From the NCBI RefSeq assembly GCF_036588685.1, contig NC_086381.1, positions 6,758,001 to 6,822,000 of the forward strand: DNA of 64,000 nt, given 5' to 3'. Source of the DNA: Mytilus trossulus (taxonomy: Eukaryota). Each line of letters starts with the position of its first letter. Within the stretch, counting starts at the first letter, position 1. Made by a program: the position numbers and the translations under genes. Shown here in pieces: positions 12,401 to 22,134 of the stretch. The notes under the pieces are model-generated. The model saw only the letters and a program-made list of their open reading frames with translations. It ran no database searches and was not told where the DNA came from.

Positions 12401-14375
12401 CTTACCATACAAATCCTTGACAAAACCAATAAAATGTGTTTGAATGGACTTTGGCTGTGAACGTGTAAGGTGAGAAAGTGAAAGGGGGCAAAAGAGAGTA
12501 TGGGAAACATGTTTTCAGGCGAACAAACACAGATTTTGGGGGAACTTTTCTTGGAAAAATTATTGATTATATAGGAATTCACTGAAGCATGACCAGAGCC
12601 CTCCCCTCTTAGGAAGTTATGAAAAATTCTGGATCTGCTGATTTCCATATAATCAGACCTCACCCCATTATCATGGTTGTATTGTCATGTTTTGGACAAA
12701 ACATAAGGATTAAAGGTCATAGTTGTAATGCATAAAAACCCTTATTCTTTATTCCATGTATGTTTAGTATTTGATGATTGTTTTTTTTTAATTAGATGTT
12801 AACTTAGTGGCTTTGAACTAGCTGTCAGATGACTGCCGGTACTCTCAAATCTGTTCCTAGTCTTTTTGTTGTCAGGATGTACATGTACAAGTACCTCAGG
12901 CCATGTCCAATTTTATTTTTGTCCATCTGATGAGTTAAGCCTTTTTCAACTAATTTTTATACTTCGTTTTTATGTTGTACTATTATACCACTGTCCCAGG
13001 TTAGAGGAGGGTTGGGACCCCCATCACATGTTTAACCCTGCCACATTATTTATGTATGCGCCTGTCCCAAGTTAGGAGCCTGTTATTCAGTGGTTATCGT
13101 TTGTTTATGTGTCACATATTTGTTTTTCGTTCATTTTTTATATAAATGAGGCTGTTGGTTTTCTCGTTTGAATTGTTTTACATTGTCATTTTGGGGCCTT
13201 TTGTAGCTGACTATAGATGCGGTATGGACTTTGCTCATTGTTGACGGCTGTAAGGTGACTTATACAATGTAGTTGTTAATGTCTGTCATTTTGGTCTCTT
13301 GTGGATAGTTGTCTCATTGGCAATCATACCACATCTTCTTTTTTATATAAAGGTTTGACTGACTAGTTAGATTTAGTTAGATTTTTTTTCTTTGGTTATA
13401 TATACGTACATCTTGACATCAAATTAGCAAAATGCCACACTTCCTAGTAGAAAATTTTGCTTTCAAATAAAAATAAAATTATAGCAATCATGGCTTCAAC
13501 ATAGTCAAGATGTCATATAGATTTTTACTACCCACTTCCATACTTAATCCTGCTGCAAATGTTTGCACCTGTCCTATTAAGTCAGGAATCTGATGTACAG
13601 TAGTTGTCGTTTGTTTATGTAATTTATATGTGTTTCTTGTTTTTTATATAGATTATACCTTTGGTTTTCCCGTTTGAATGGTTTTACACTAGGCCTAAAA
13701 TAAAATATTGTTTGTTTCCCCAATCCCGACTGATACTGCAAAACTTGATGCTACTCATGAAATTTTATTGTCCAAACTAAGTCAAATATTATTTTATTCT
13801 TTTTGGATTTTCAGGCTTGCTGGATCGTGCGATAATGTTAAGCTTTTTGGAAAAATAAAATTATTTTCCTACCTACCTTCACACACCTGGCTAGGCAGGG
13901 TCGAGATTGGGGACTTGGGGAAACAACAAAGTTTTTTTAATTATTTTGATTTATATGTATCACAATACATGTATGTATGCAGGCATTTCGTAAATATGTG
14001 AGGCATTTCTTAAAAAATCTGACATTTCGAAAATTCAATGTGATGTTCAGGGTTAGTGTTATCGTTATGACTCTATGTAATCCGAGATTACTCTGACGTC
14101 CAACGTCTGTTTTGCCAGACAAGCTGGTTTCGTCCCACTGCAAAACAGCAGTTGTACGTCGGAGTAATCTCGGACTATCTGCAGTATCATTATGATGATG
14201 TTATTTTCAAGTTCCACCGCCACAGGCTTTATCACTTACTCGTCGTATTCTGTTGTGTTGAATAAGAATGATCTTCTAGTGGAACATTCCAACGCTTCTT
14301 CTGTGCTTCAGAAACTTTCTCGTATCTATCCTTGTACTTTTTGTGGGAGAAACCACCTTTCTTGAATCGTCCCAT
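2632..14375 (-). CDS. Spliced 9-exon gene, ~874 aa: Cys/His zinc-binding N-terminus, DDE transposase (Mutator-like/Kolobok type), DEDDh 3'-5' exonuclease with PML-like C-terminus
   Basis: Exons 14375-14240, 11311-11112, 10562-10466, 9519-9339, 8788-8703, 7514-6724, 6182-6043, 4414-4227, 3437-2632. All introns are GT-AG and the phases (1,0,1,2,1,0,2,1) are mutually consistent. Transposase motifs: VDAGWQMRGSGRSYNSLSGH, IVGDEDS, SDSNHVKK, STQANESFN. Exonuclease motifs: FFDIEATGL, IIGHNIKSYD, HDSMED. Confidence 0.88.
4227..4414 (-). CDS. Exon 8 (REVREGVTYSSGIG...FFDIEATGL), includes exonuclease motif I
   Basis: Lies in ORF 4177-4482; acceptor TTTCAG, donor G|GTATGA. Confidence 0.88.
4497..4704. 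mobile_element. Tc1/mariner-type MITE in intron 7
   Basis: TA|CTGTGGATTC ... GAATCCACAG|TA, with internal CCACGAA repeats. Confidence 0.85.
5195..5945. mobile_element. Degenerate foldback/MITE with ~190-bp imperfect inverted arms in intron 7
   Basis: TAATTGCAACAG...GGGAGATAACTCTTGCAAAAA (5221-5380) is mirrored by TTTTTGCAAGAGTTATCTCCC...CTGTTGCAATTA (5757-5910). Ends are approximate. Confidence 0.65.
6043..6182 (-). CDS. Exon 7, basic linker (VNKNMSVSPG...RKRKAIANTYRFKQRRRNLKST)
   Basis: Hand translation; acceptor TTTCAG, donor AG|GTAC; NLS-like basic run. Confidence 0.85.
6724..7514 (-). CDS. Exon 6, transposase catalytic core
   Basis: Overlaps ORF 6706-7503: CRVC..HEC, SAKSMEAD, IVGDEDSTT, HPFGQHERC..WC, STQANESFN. 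Donor GAT|GTAAGG. Confidence 0.92.
8703..8788 (-). CDS. Exon 5 with the first catalytic Asp (VDAGWQMRGSGRSYNSLSG)
   Basis: Lies in ORF 8695-8886; acceptor TTTCAG, donor G|GTAGGT. Confidence 0.88.
9339..9519 (-). CDS. Exon 4 (SINAGLGERQVNTLLSGLNIPP...EEVELTK)
   Basis: Lies in ORF 9335-9571; acceptor AATAG, donor AAG|GTAAG. Confidence 0.85.
9982..10436. mobile_element. hAT-like non-autonomous element in intron 3
   Basis: TIR CAGGGGTTAAAAA...TTTTTAACCCCTG; subterminal CTAGCCC/GGGCTAG motifs; flanks CACTGT / GACTGT. Confidence 0.8.
10466..10562 (-). CDS. Exon 3 (IPCSNTVCRHVNNIPTGKRQERIWDANVKLAS)
   Basis: Hand translation; acceptor GGCAG, donor CAG|GTATTT; supplies the second Cys pair of the zinc ribbon. 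Confidence 0.85.
11112..11311 (-). CDS. Exon 2 (WREGRRVVELGILADGLRGCAKC...GLSAILK)
   Basis: Lies in ORF 11097-11312; acceptor TTTTAG, donor AAG|GTAC; CxxC motif. Confidence 0.85.
11401..11545. mobile_element. PIF/Harbinger-type MITE in intron 1
   Basis: TCA|GGCCATGGAAAA...TTTTCCATGGCC|TCA (3-bp TSD). Confidence 0.85.
12800..13348 (+). repeat. Dispersed repeat, family A-related, in intron 1
   Basis: Shares the CCTGTCCCAAGT.AGGA core and the TTGTCTCATTGGCAATCATACCACATCTTC tail with copies at 29925, 31470 and others. Boundaries are approximate. Confidence 0.65.
14078..14177. mobile_element. 100-bp MITE / hairpin in intron 1
   Basis: TAATCCGAGATTACTCTGACGTCCAAC ... GTTGTACGTCGGAGTAATCTCGGACTA, a ~27-bp imperfect inverted repeat; no TSD seen. 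Confidence 0.7.
14240..14375 (-). CDS. Exon 1 (MGRFKKGGFSHKKYKDRYEKVSEAQKKRWNVPLEDHSYSTQQNTT)
   Basis: ATG at 14375, open frame to a strong donor A|GTAAGT; phase 1 fits exon 2. Basic N-terminus and a DHSY motif. Confidence 0.7.
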
Positions 14376-14610
14376 TGTGTCGTCTGGCAATTTGTTTACA
14401 TTGCCGGGAAACGGCGCGTCATTCGCAGTGTCGTAAAACTCGTTAAAACTATTTCATTTTAACAATAAAAATATTTAAAATTATTCTGGACATATAAAAA
14501 TAATATTTTTGTTTGTTATATGATTTCTTTATTATTTAAATAAAAAAAAACTCCGACCACGTTTTACGATAAACAACTGATTTTCCGCAGCCAAAAGCTG
14601 ACCAGCAAAC

Positions 14611-16825
14611 CTATAACCTTTATGTGTGTTCTTTGCAATACTGTTGGAGACTCCTGTTACCTATAACCTTTCTATGTGTTCTGTGCAATACTGTTGGAGA
14701 TTCCTGTTACCTATAACCTTTTTGTGTGGTCTGTGCAATATTGTTGGAGACTCCTGTTACCTATAACCTTTTTGTGTGGTCTGTGCAATATTGTTGGAGA
14801 TTTCTATCACCTATAATCTTTCTGTGTGTTCTGTGCAATATTGTTGGAGACTCCTGTTACCTATAACCTTTCTGTGTGTTCTGTGCAATATTGTTGGAAA
14901 CTCCTGCTACCAATAACCTTTCAGTGTGTTCAGTCCAATGTTGTTGGAGATTTCTATCATCTATAACCTTTCTTTGTGTTCTGTGCAATACTGTTGGAGA
15001 CTCCTGTTCCCCTATAACCTTTCTGTGTGTTCTGTCCAATATTGTTAGAGATTGATGTCACTTATAACCTTTCTGTGTGTTCTGTGCGATATTGTTGGAG
15101 ACTCCTGTTACCTATAACCTTTCTGTGTGTTCTGTGCAATATTGTTGGAGACTCCTGCTACCAATAACCTTTCAGTGTGTTCAGTCCAATATTGTTAGAG
15201 ATTTCTATCACCTATAACCTTTCTGTGTGTTCTGTGCAATACTGTTAGAGACTCCTGTTACCTATAACCTTTCTGTGTGGTCTGTGCAATATTGTTGGAG
15301 ATTCTCCTGTTACCTATAACCTTTATGTGTGTTCTTTGCAATACTGTTGGAGACTCCTGTTACATATAACCTTTCTGTGTGGTCTGTGCAATACTGTTGG
15401 AGACTCCTGTTACCTATAACCTTTATGTGTGTTCTTTGCAATACTGTTGGAGACTCCTGTTACCTATAACCTTTCTATGTGTTCTGTGTAATACTGTTGG
15501 AGATTCCTGTTACCTATAACCTTTCTGTGTGGTCTGTGCAATATTGTTGGAGACTCCTGTTACCTATAACCTTTCAGTGTGTTCAGTCCAATATTGTTGG
15601 AGATTTTTATCACCTATAATCTTTCTGTGTGTTCTGTAAAACATTGTTGGAGACTCCTGTTACCTAAAACCTTTCTGTGTGTTCTGTGCAATATTGTTGG
15701 AGATTCCTGTTACCTATAACCTTTCAATGTGATCTGTCCAATATTTTGCGAGATTGATGTCACCTATAACCTTTATGTGTTATGTCCAAAGTTGTTGGAG
15801 ACTCCTGTTACCTATAACCTTTCTGTGTGTTCTGTCCAATATTGTTGGAGATTCATTTTCCCCTATAACCTTTCTGTTTGTTCTGTGCATTACTGTTGGA
15901 GACTACTGTTACCTATAATCTTTCTGTGTGTACTTTGCAATATTGTCGGAGACTCCTGTTACCTATAACCTTTCTGTGTGTTCTGTGCAATAATGTTGGA
16001 GATTCCTGTTACCTATAACCTTTCTGTGTGTTCTGTGCAATATTGTTGAAGATTCTTGTTACCTATAACCTTTCAGTGTGTTATGTCCATTATTATTCGA
16101 GATTGATTTCACCTATAACCTTTCTGTGTGTTCTGTCCAATATTGTTGGAGAGTCTTATCACCTATACCCTTTCTATGGGTTCTGTCCAATATTGTTGGA
16201 GAGTCTTATCACCTATACCCTTTCTATGGGTTCTGTCCAATATTGTTGGAGAGTCCTATCACCTATACCCTTTCTATGGGTTCTGTCCAATATTGTTGGA
16301 GAGTCCTATCACCTATACCCTTTCTATGGGTTCTGTCCAAAGTTGTTGGAGAGTCTTATCACCTATACCCTTTCTATGGGTTCTGTCCAATATTGTTGGA
16401 GAGTCTTATCACCTATACCCTTTCTATGGGTTCTGTCCAAAGTTGTTGGAGAGTCTTATCACCTATACCCTTTCTATGGGTTCTGTCCAAAGTTGTTGGA
16501 GAGTCTTATCACCTATACCCTTTCTATGGGTTCTGTCCAATATTGTTGGAGAGTCTTATCACCTATACCCTTTCTATGGGTTCTGTCCAATATTGTTGGA
16601 GAGTCTTATCACCTATACCCTTTCTATGGGTTCTGTCCAATATTATTGGAGAGTCTTATCACCTTTACCCTTTCTATGGGTTCTGTCCAATATTGTTGGA
16701 GAGTCCTATCACCTATACCCTTTCTATGGGTTCTGTCCAATATTGTTGGAGAGTCTTATCACCGATAACCTTTCTATGTATTCTGTCCAATATTATTGGA
16801 GATTCATGTTTCATATAACCTTTCA
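14611..16825. repeat. 50-bp tandem satellite, ~44 copies in two subarrays
   Basis: Unit ACCTATAACCTTTCTGTGTGTTCTGTGCAATATTGTTGGAGACTCCTGTT up to ~16130, then the homogeneous variant ACCTATACCCTTTCTATGGGTTCTGTCCAATATTGTTGGAGAGTCTTATC. Confidence 0.95.
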
Positions 16826-18095
16826 GCGCGTTATGACATATATATGTTTTAATTCTAACACCAATGATGTAATTATGTAAACAAGAAAGAAAACATGAAG
16901 CTAAATCACTTAATTCTGATAACATCAAGTTTGTTTTGTTGATCTAATTTGCTTTTAATGCACACTTCTTTGCAAAGCATATGTACCCATGCAATGTTCA
17001 GACATTAAGTTGTCAAATTAAATCAATCAATCAATTGTAACAGTCGACCTTGTTCCGTACTTTTTACAAATTTGATTATACAAAAAAAAATGTATGAAAA
17101 TCTGTTCCTGTCAGTCAAACAGTTAAAACTGATTCGGTAGAGAGCTTTAAGTGCAATTTTTTGGCATTAAAATATTATAGCTTGAAATTTCATGATATCG
17201 ACTAGATCTTCAAATAAACGCATGTCATATTGAGCCATATTATTTTTTCTGCAATTATAGCAACTTGTTTTTTGAGTGGACTACCTTCGACACTTATGTA
17301 TTGCCAAGTAAAAGTCATATTGCAGATATTGGCGTTCAGAACACTTCCAATTCCCTATCCTTCATACGATTTTTTTACACCTCAGATCAGAATCATAAAA
17401 TACAAATGCATTTCTCTATGAATAAATCTTCTAGACTTTCACTAGAAGATATAGACTAGATCTCTCCCTTGCAACATTCAGGTATATAAGCCAACCAGAT
17501 AAAGTATCGGAAACCAGTCTTAATTTCAAGCAACTGTCAAAATATTGCTTCTCTGGAAGTTTAGAAGTATTATTCGACCAATATAAGACAAAAAAAATAA
17601 AACCTATAAAATGAGGATGGAAATGGAGAATGGACCAAAAAGACAGCAAGCCGAACAAAGAGCTAAAACAGTCGAAGGCCACTTATGGGACTTAAACAAA
17701 GCGAGAAGTTCCTGCAACCAGAGGCGGGCCTCGCTGGCCCCTAAACAAAAAGAAGTACTAGTTCAAAGAAAATGGGCGTCATAATAAACCCCAAAACATT
17801 TAACTGCAAACTAAAATAAGAAAAAAAACCGTACAAGACTAACAAAGCCAGAAGCTTCTGACTTAGGACATGTACAATCATGCGGCGGGGTTAAACATGA
17901 GATCTAAACTCTCCCATATATCAACTCTTACTAATGTAGATTAAAATACACACAATAATACATATAGTAAAACTCAGATTAAAAGAGGTCCGAGTCTGAT
18001 ATGTTGTGAATTGTTTTATATAATATGAATGTTCTTATCCTGGGCATACAAACAATGCCGTATTTGGCAAAACCTTTTCAACTTTTGATCTTCAG

Positions 18096-18851
18096 TGCTG
18101 TACAATTTTGTATTTTTTTCGTCACTGGTGAGTCTCGTGTGGACTAGACGCGTTTTTGGCGTATTGAATTTTAAACCTGATGCTTTTTGTTATCTATTAA
18201 TCATGCTTTTCTTTGTCTAATATGTTCTGCTTTTTATTTGTATTGTAGTCCTGTAATTTTTTGTTTTCATTTCAATGTTATATTTAACTGTGCCATTAAA
18301 GTGCGAGGTTTGGCATGCCTTAAAACCAGGTTCAACCCACCACTTTTATTCCCCTTTAAAAGTGTCCTGTACCAAGTCAGGAAGATGGCCATTGTTATAA
18401 TATTGTTCGTTTCTGTTTTCTCTTATTTTTGAGATAAGACGTGGCACGGTACTTGTCTATCCCATATTCATGTATTTGGTTTTGATGTTATATTTGTTAT
18501 TCTCGTGGTGTATTGTCTGTTGCTTGGTCCGTTTCTGTGTGCTGTTGCGTTTCCGTGTTGTGTCGTTGTTCTCCTCTTATATTTAATGCGTTTCCCTCAG
18601 TTTTGGTTTGTTGCCCCGATTTTGTTTTTTGTCCATGGATTTATGAGTTTTGAACAGCGGTATACTACTGTTGCCTTTATTTGACAACGAATGTCCATTC
18701 AATCTGATTAAAAATAATACAACACTCAATTCTACTTTTAGTTTAAATATTTTTCGGGATCCTTTGGTTCTTATAATAATACACACGTAGGCTGACATTG
18801 TTTAAGTACCAGTAACATAAAGTAGAGCTGAGTGATGACGAATGCTTTTAA
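18096..18851 (+). repeat. Direct duplication, copy 2, ending at the empty TTAA target site
   Basis: ...GAATGCTTTTAA|GCGAAAGG here versus ...GAATGCTTTTAA|GGGAGTATG at 757. Confidence 0.95.
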
Positions 18852-19687
18852 GCGAAAGGTGAATACATGATCTAAAATTCAATAAGATTGTATTTCCATC
18901 AGTTCTAGAAATGATACATCTATCAGGTGCTGCGGACGGAATTGCATATCCTGCTTCACGTGCAACATCCGTCATACAGCTTCCGATTAAAACCAATAAT
19001 CTCTAAAATTCTGTAAAGTTAGCAATCAATAAAAGGAAATTAGAAAATCAAATACAGGTTTTCAATCTGCTAATGGTAAGATGAGTTACAATAATGATAA
19101 GAAAAATCATCCATATGAATGAACAAAATCCTATATGTTTGTTCTTGAAAGATTGATTTTTACCATTTACGACTTTTGTATCGATAGTTTTAACTCATTA
19201 CATTTTTTGCATTTTGTTCTCTTTTTCCCGTCTTTAATAATAAACTGTAATGGTTTACATATGTTTTAGTATTTGTAATTTTACTTAGCAGTTAAAAAAA
19301 TCAATGGTACCGTCAAGCTAAATTAAATGACTTGAAACCTTGATTGCATCGCGTTCTCATTGACTCTAGGTATTATATGTTATTATGTGAATTAATGACG
19401 AGATAAAACGATGCTACAAGAAGGAAACGGATGTTTCTAAAGAATAAAATAAAGATATAATCTGTCACAGTATCATTCTTAAGACATAGCTTTATCACAG
19501 ATATATAGAGATAGCTGATTATACCATTGTATACATTGGTGCAAAGATGAATGCTAAGTGTTAAAGGTGAAATTCAATAGTGTTCAGCATTATGTAAATT
19601 GTGTATTGTTATAAATAAAAACATCGATTTTACTTGTCGATTATAAGAATGTCTTTTTTAATCTTAAAAACTAAATTCTAAATCAAG

Positions 19688-20075
19688 GTACGACCTTCAA
19701 CACGGAGCCTTGGCTCACACCGAACAACAAGCTATAAAGGGCCACTGAAGAGACATGTATTGTCGAAATGCGCATCTGGTGCAACAAAATTGGTACCGTT
19801 GATTTTTATTAAAACCATTCAAACGGGAAAACCAACGGTCTAATCTATATAAAAAACGAGAAACGAGAAACACGTATAAATTACATAAACAAACGACAAC
19901 TACTGTACTGATTCCTGACCAAGAACCTGTGAAGGTGCAAACATATGCAGCGGGATTAAACGTTTTAATGGTACCAAACCTTCTCCATTTTTCGGAAACA
20001 ATAGTATATCATCACAACATAGAAAAACACACGAAAACATATCAATAGGAAGGCTTAAATCAATCAAATAACGTA
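19688..20075 (-). repeat. Dispersed repeat family A, interrupted by a hammerhead-bearing insert
   Basis: Reverse complement of the 31470-31899 copy; foreign segment at 19744-19810. Confidence 0.8.
19741..19782 (+). ncRNA. Minimal type I hammerhead ribozyme motif
   Basis: GCCA-CTGAAGA-GACA(TGTAT)TGTC-GAAA-TGCGCA-TC^TGGT, with palindromic stem III ATGCGCAT. Confidence 0.65.
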
Positions 20076-20674
20076 AATTAACACACTATGAAGGAATAAA
20101 TTTGATCTGCGATACCTGAATATGTTGATATTAAATGTTTGTTACGGAATGTAAACGTAAATCTGTTATTTTAAGCTGTCGACTGTTGTACAAAGGGCAG
20201 TTAATACGGGTAACTTTTTCAACTGATCAATTTAAGTTTCTATATATATTTGTTTGTGCTTGGTAGAAGGGTATCGGCTATGTTGATGTTTTTTTTTTAA
20301 CTGAAATTGATGTGGATATATTTTGTTTCATAAAATCTACTTGTCTACTTTTTGTGCTTCTCATTTGTATTCTATACCACTGTAGATATTTCAGTATATC
20401 TGACACAGAGCTTAAATTGTGGTTTATTGCTAAATTACTGTTCTTGATATACATATAAGAGATTCACGAGATAAAACAGATAAAGAGGAATATTTGTTTT
20501 TGGAAAATGGTTATTTCAAGCATTTCCATCGGAAGGGACGAAAATGCATGTACATTTGGCAGAACAAAGAAAAGACTGTAAACTTTTAAATAAATACATA
20601 GACAGACTTTCAACCAACACAATTGCACCATCGTTTATAAAAGTGTAATATGTATCTTGTCTTATGGAATACCA

Positions 20675-20935
20675 CATTATCATTGATATGGTCATATTTA
20701 TAAATAATTATTAACTGGTTACAAAACGTTTTAATTTTTGAAATAATCAGGCTTTTCTACCTCAGGAATAGACTGCCTTAGCTGTATTTGGCAAAACTGT
20801 TAGGAATTTAGGTCTTCACTGCTCTTCAACTTTAAATATTTTGGATTCGGGCGTCACTGATGAGTCTTTTGTAGACGAAACGCGCGTCTGGCGTCAATAC
20901 AAAACTTAATCCTGGTATCTATGATGAGTTAATTC
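20675..20935 (+). repeat. Retrozyme/Penelope-pLTR-like repeat copy carrying the hammerhead
   Basis: GTATTTGGCAAAAC...GCTCTTCAA...hammerhead...CCTGGTATCTATGATGAG is similar to ~18055-18190 and ~53590-53735. Boundaries are approximate. Confidence 0.6.
20850..20895 (+). ncRNA. Minimal type I hammerhead ribozyme (retrozyme/Penelope type)
   Basis: GGCGTCA-CTGATGA-GTCT(TTTGT)AGAC-GAAA-CGCGCG-TC^TGGCGTC. Stem I is 7 bp, stem II 4 bp, stem III palindromic, with a GUC cleavage triplet ending at 20888. Confidence 0.85.
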
Positions 20936-22134
20936 CCAACCATGCTTTTTTCTTACTTTCCAATAAATTATTGTATTTGGTACGTACTAGGTCAATCATT
21001 TTTTTTTATAAAACAGCTAGATAGAGAAGCAGACATTTGAAATTCCACCAGTCGACAATAAAACCTATAGTGTAATAATAACTTAAACATTACATTGAAT
21101 TTTGCTGTAATGATGTATTACTGAAGGATCTGCGCTGACACTGTAATCGACACATACACACACAATACGTCAATTTAATTTGATTTCAATACCTCCCGTA
21201 TGCTTTTCATGGTAATTGTGTTATGACGGTTCACTTTTCCGGGAAGACTTGATGCGTGCTTCCGCGTTCTTTTATTAAAGAGATACATTGTTCTAATTCT
21301 GGCGTTTTATCTGTAATTTTATATTGTTAGTATGAAAATAACAGGATCTGTAAATTTTCCTTAATTCAATTTAAAAAAAAAGTTTGTTATTTTACTAGAT
21401 AGTATCCGTACGTACGGGGAAGATAAGTGAATTGCAAGCACATTAGTATCTTTTTTTGATGCAAGGTTCTAGTACCTTGGCCCAGTTTTTATAGAAAATC
21501 GTGTCAAAGAACTACTTTGTCAAATGCGTTTTGACTCACATTTTGGTTTTGACTGAACGAAGACTTTGACTCGATCTTAATTAATAAAGGTTATACATTT
21601 ATTTCGTTTCGACTGAAATTTGTACCATGTCATTAGGTTTGTAGCAAAGCCTGATATGGAGCATCAATTCTATATCAATTCTATATTTTTCGATTATGAT
21701 ATAGGTGTAGAAACAACTTTTGATGACTTTCGAACTTTTAATTATTGAAACCAGCTCTGTTGTTCAGAACCAATATTTTCTCGTAGTATGGTTTGTATAC
21801 ATTTAGTCTTCCAACACAATTGTCCTGTCTATGGTAGCGGATTCCCCCTAGTACGTGTTAGCGTGTGTCAGAAACGGCTTCGTTAAAATATAGGTATCCT
21901 TCTAACATTTGCATTTTTGATAGATAGAAGAAAGAATTTGATTGAACAACAACCGAACTTATATTAAACAATCTTTATCACTTTGTGATGGCTTCCTAAA
22001 TTATGCAAAAATACTTATAAACGTTGTTTCACCCCTTCAGTGATGGTACCAAACATTGCACTTATTTCAACAGTTTTAACTACGTAAAGTTATGACCCAG
22101 ACACAAATAGGTTTGATTGCCAATTTTACAACTA

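Larger units (their letters stand above)
757..14610 (-). mobile_element. Large autonomous-type Kolobok-like (TTAA-targeting) DNA transposon with an intron-containing transposase-exonuclease gene
   Basis: The left end TTAA(753-756)|GGGAGTATGCTGCTCAGG is defined by comparison with the empty site at 18848-18851. The right end CTGACCAGCAAAC (14598-14610) matches the reverse complement of the left TIR (CTGAGCAGCATAC) at 11/13 but lacks the terminal TCCC+TTAA. The ATG lies ~235 bp inside this end. TTAA plus purine-initiated short TIRs is Kolobok-like; the subfamily is not assigned. Confidence 0.8.

Noticed and set aside
757-14610. piggyBac or true Mutator classification
   Set aside because: The termini start with GG rather than CC and the protein lacks piggyBac motifs. 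There are no long TIRs or 9-bp TSD as in Mutator.
14611-16825. CRISPR-like periodic array
   Set aside because: There are no unique spacers and no cas genes, and the context is eukaryotic.
16028-16880. Three overlapping ~250-aa ORFs
   Set aside because: They are translations of a stop-free 50-bp satellite; the same peptide cycles through all three frames.
1-18851. LTR retrotransposon or KolobokP-type long terminal direct repeats
   Set aside because: There is no gag/pol or TG..CA. The repeat consists of ordinary dispersed repeats, lies outside the TIRs and ends at the empty target TTAA.
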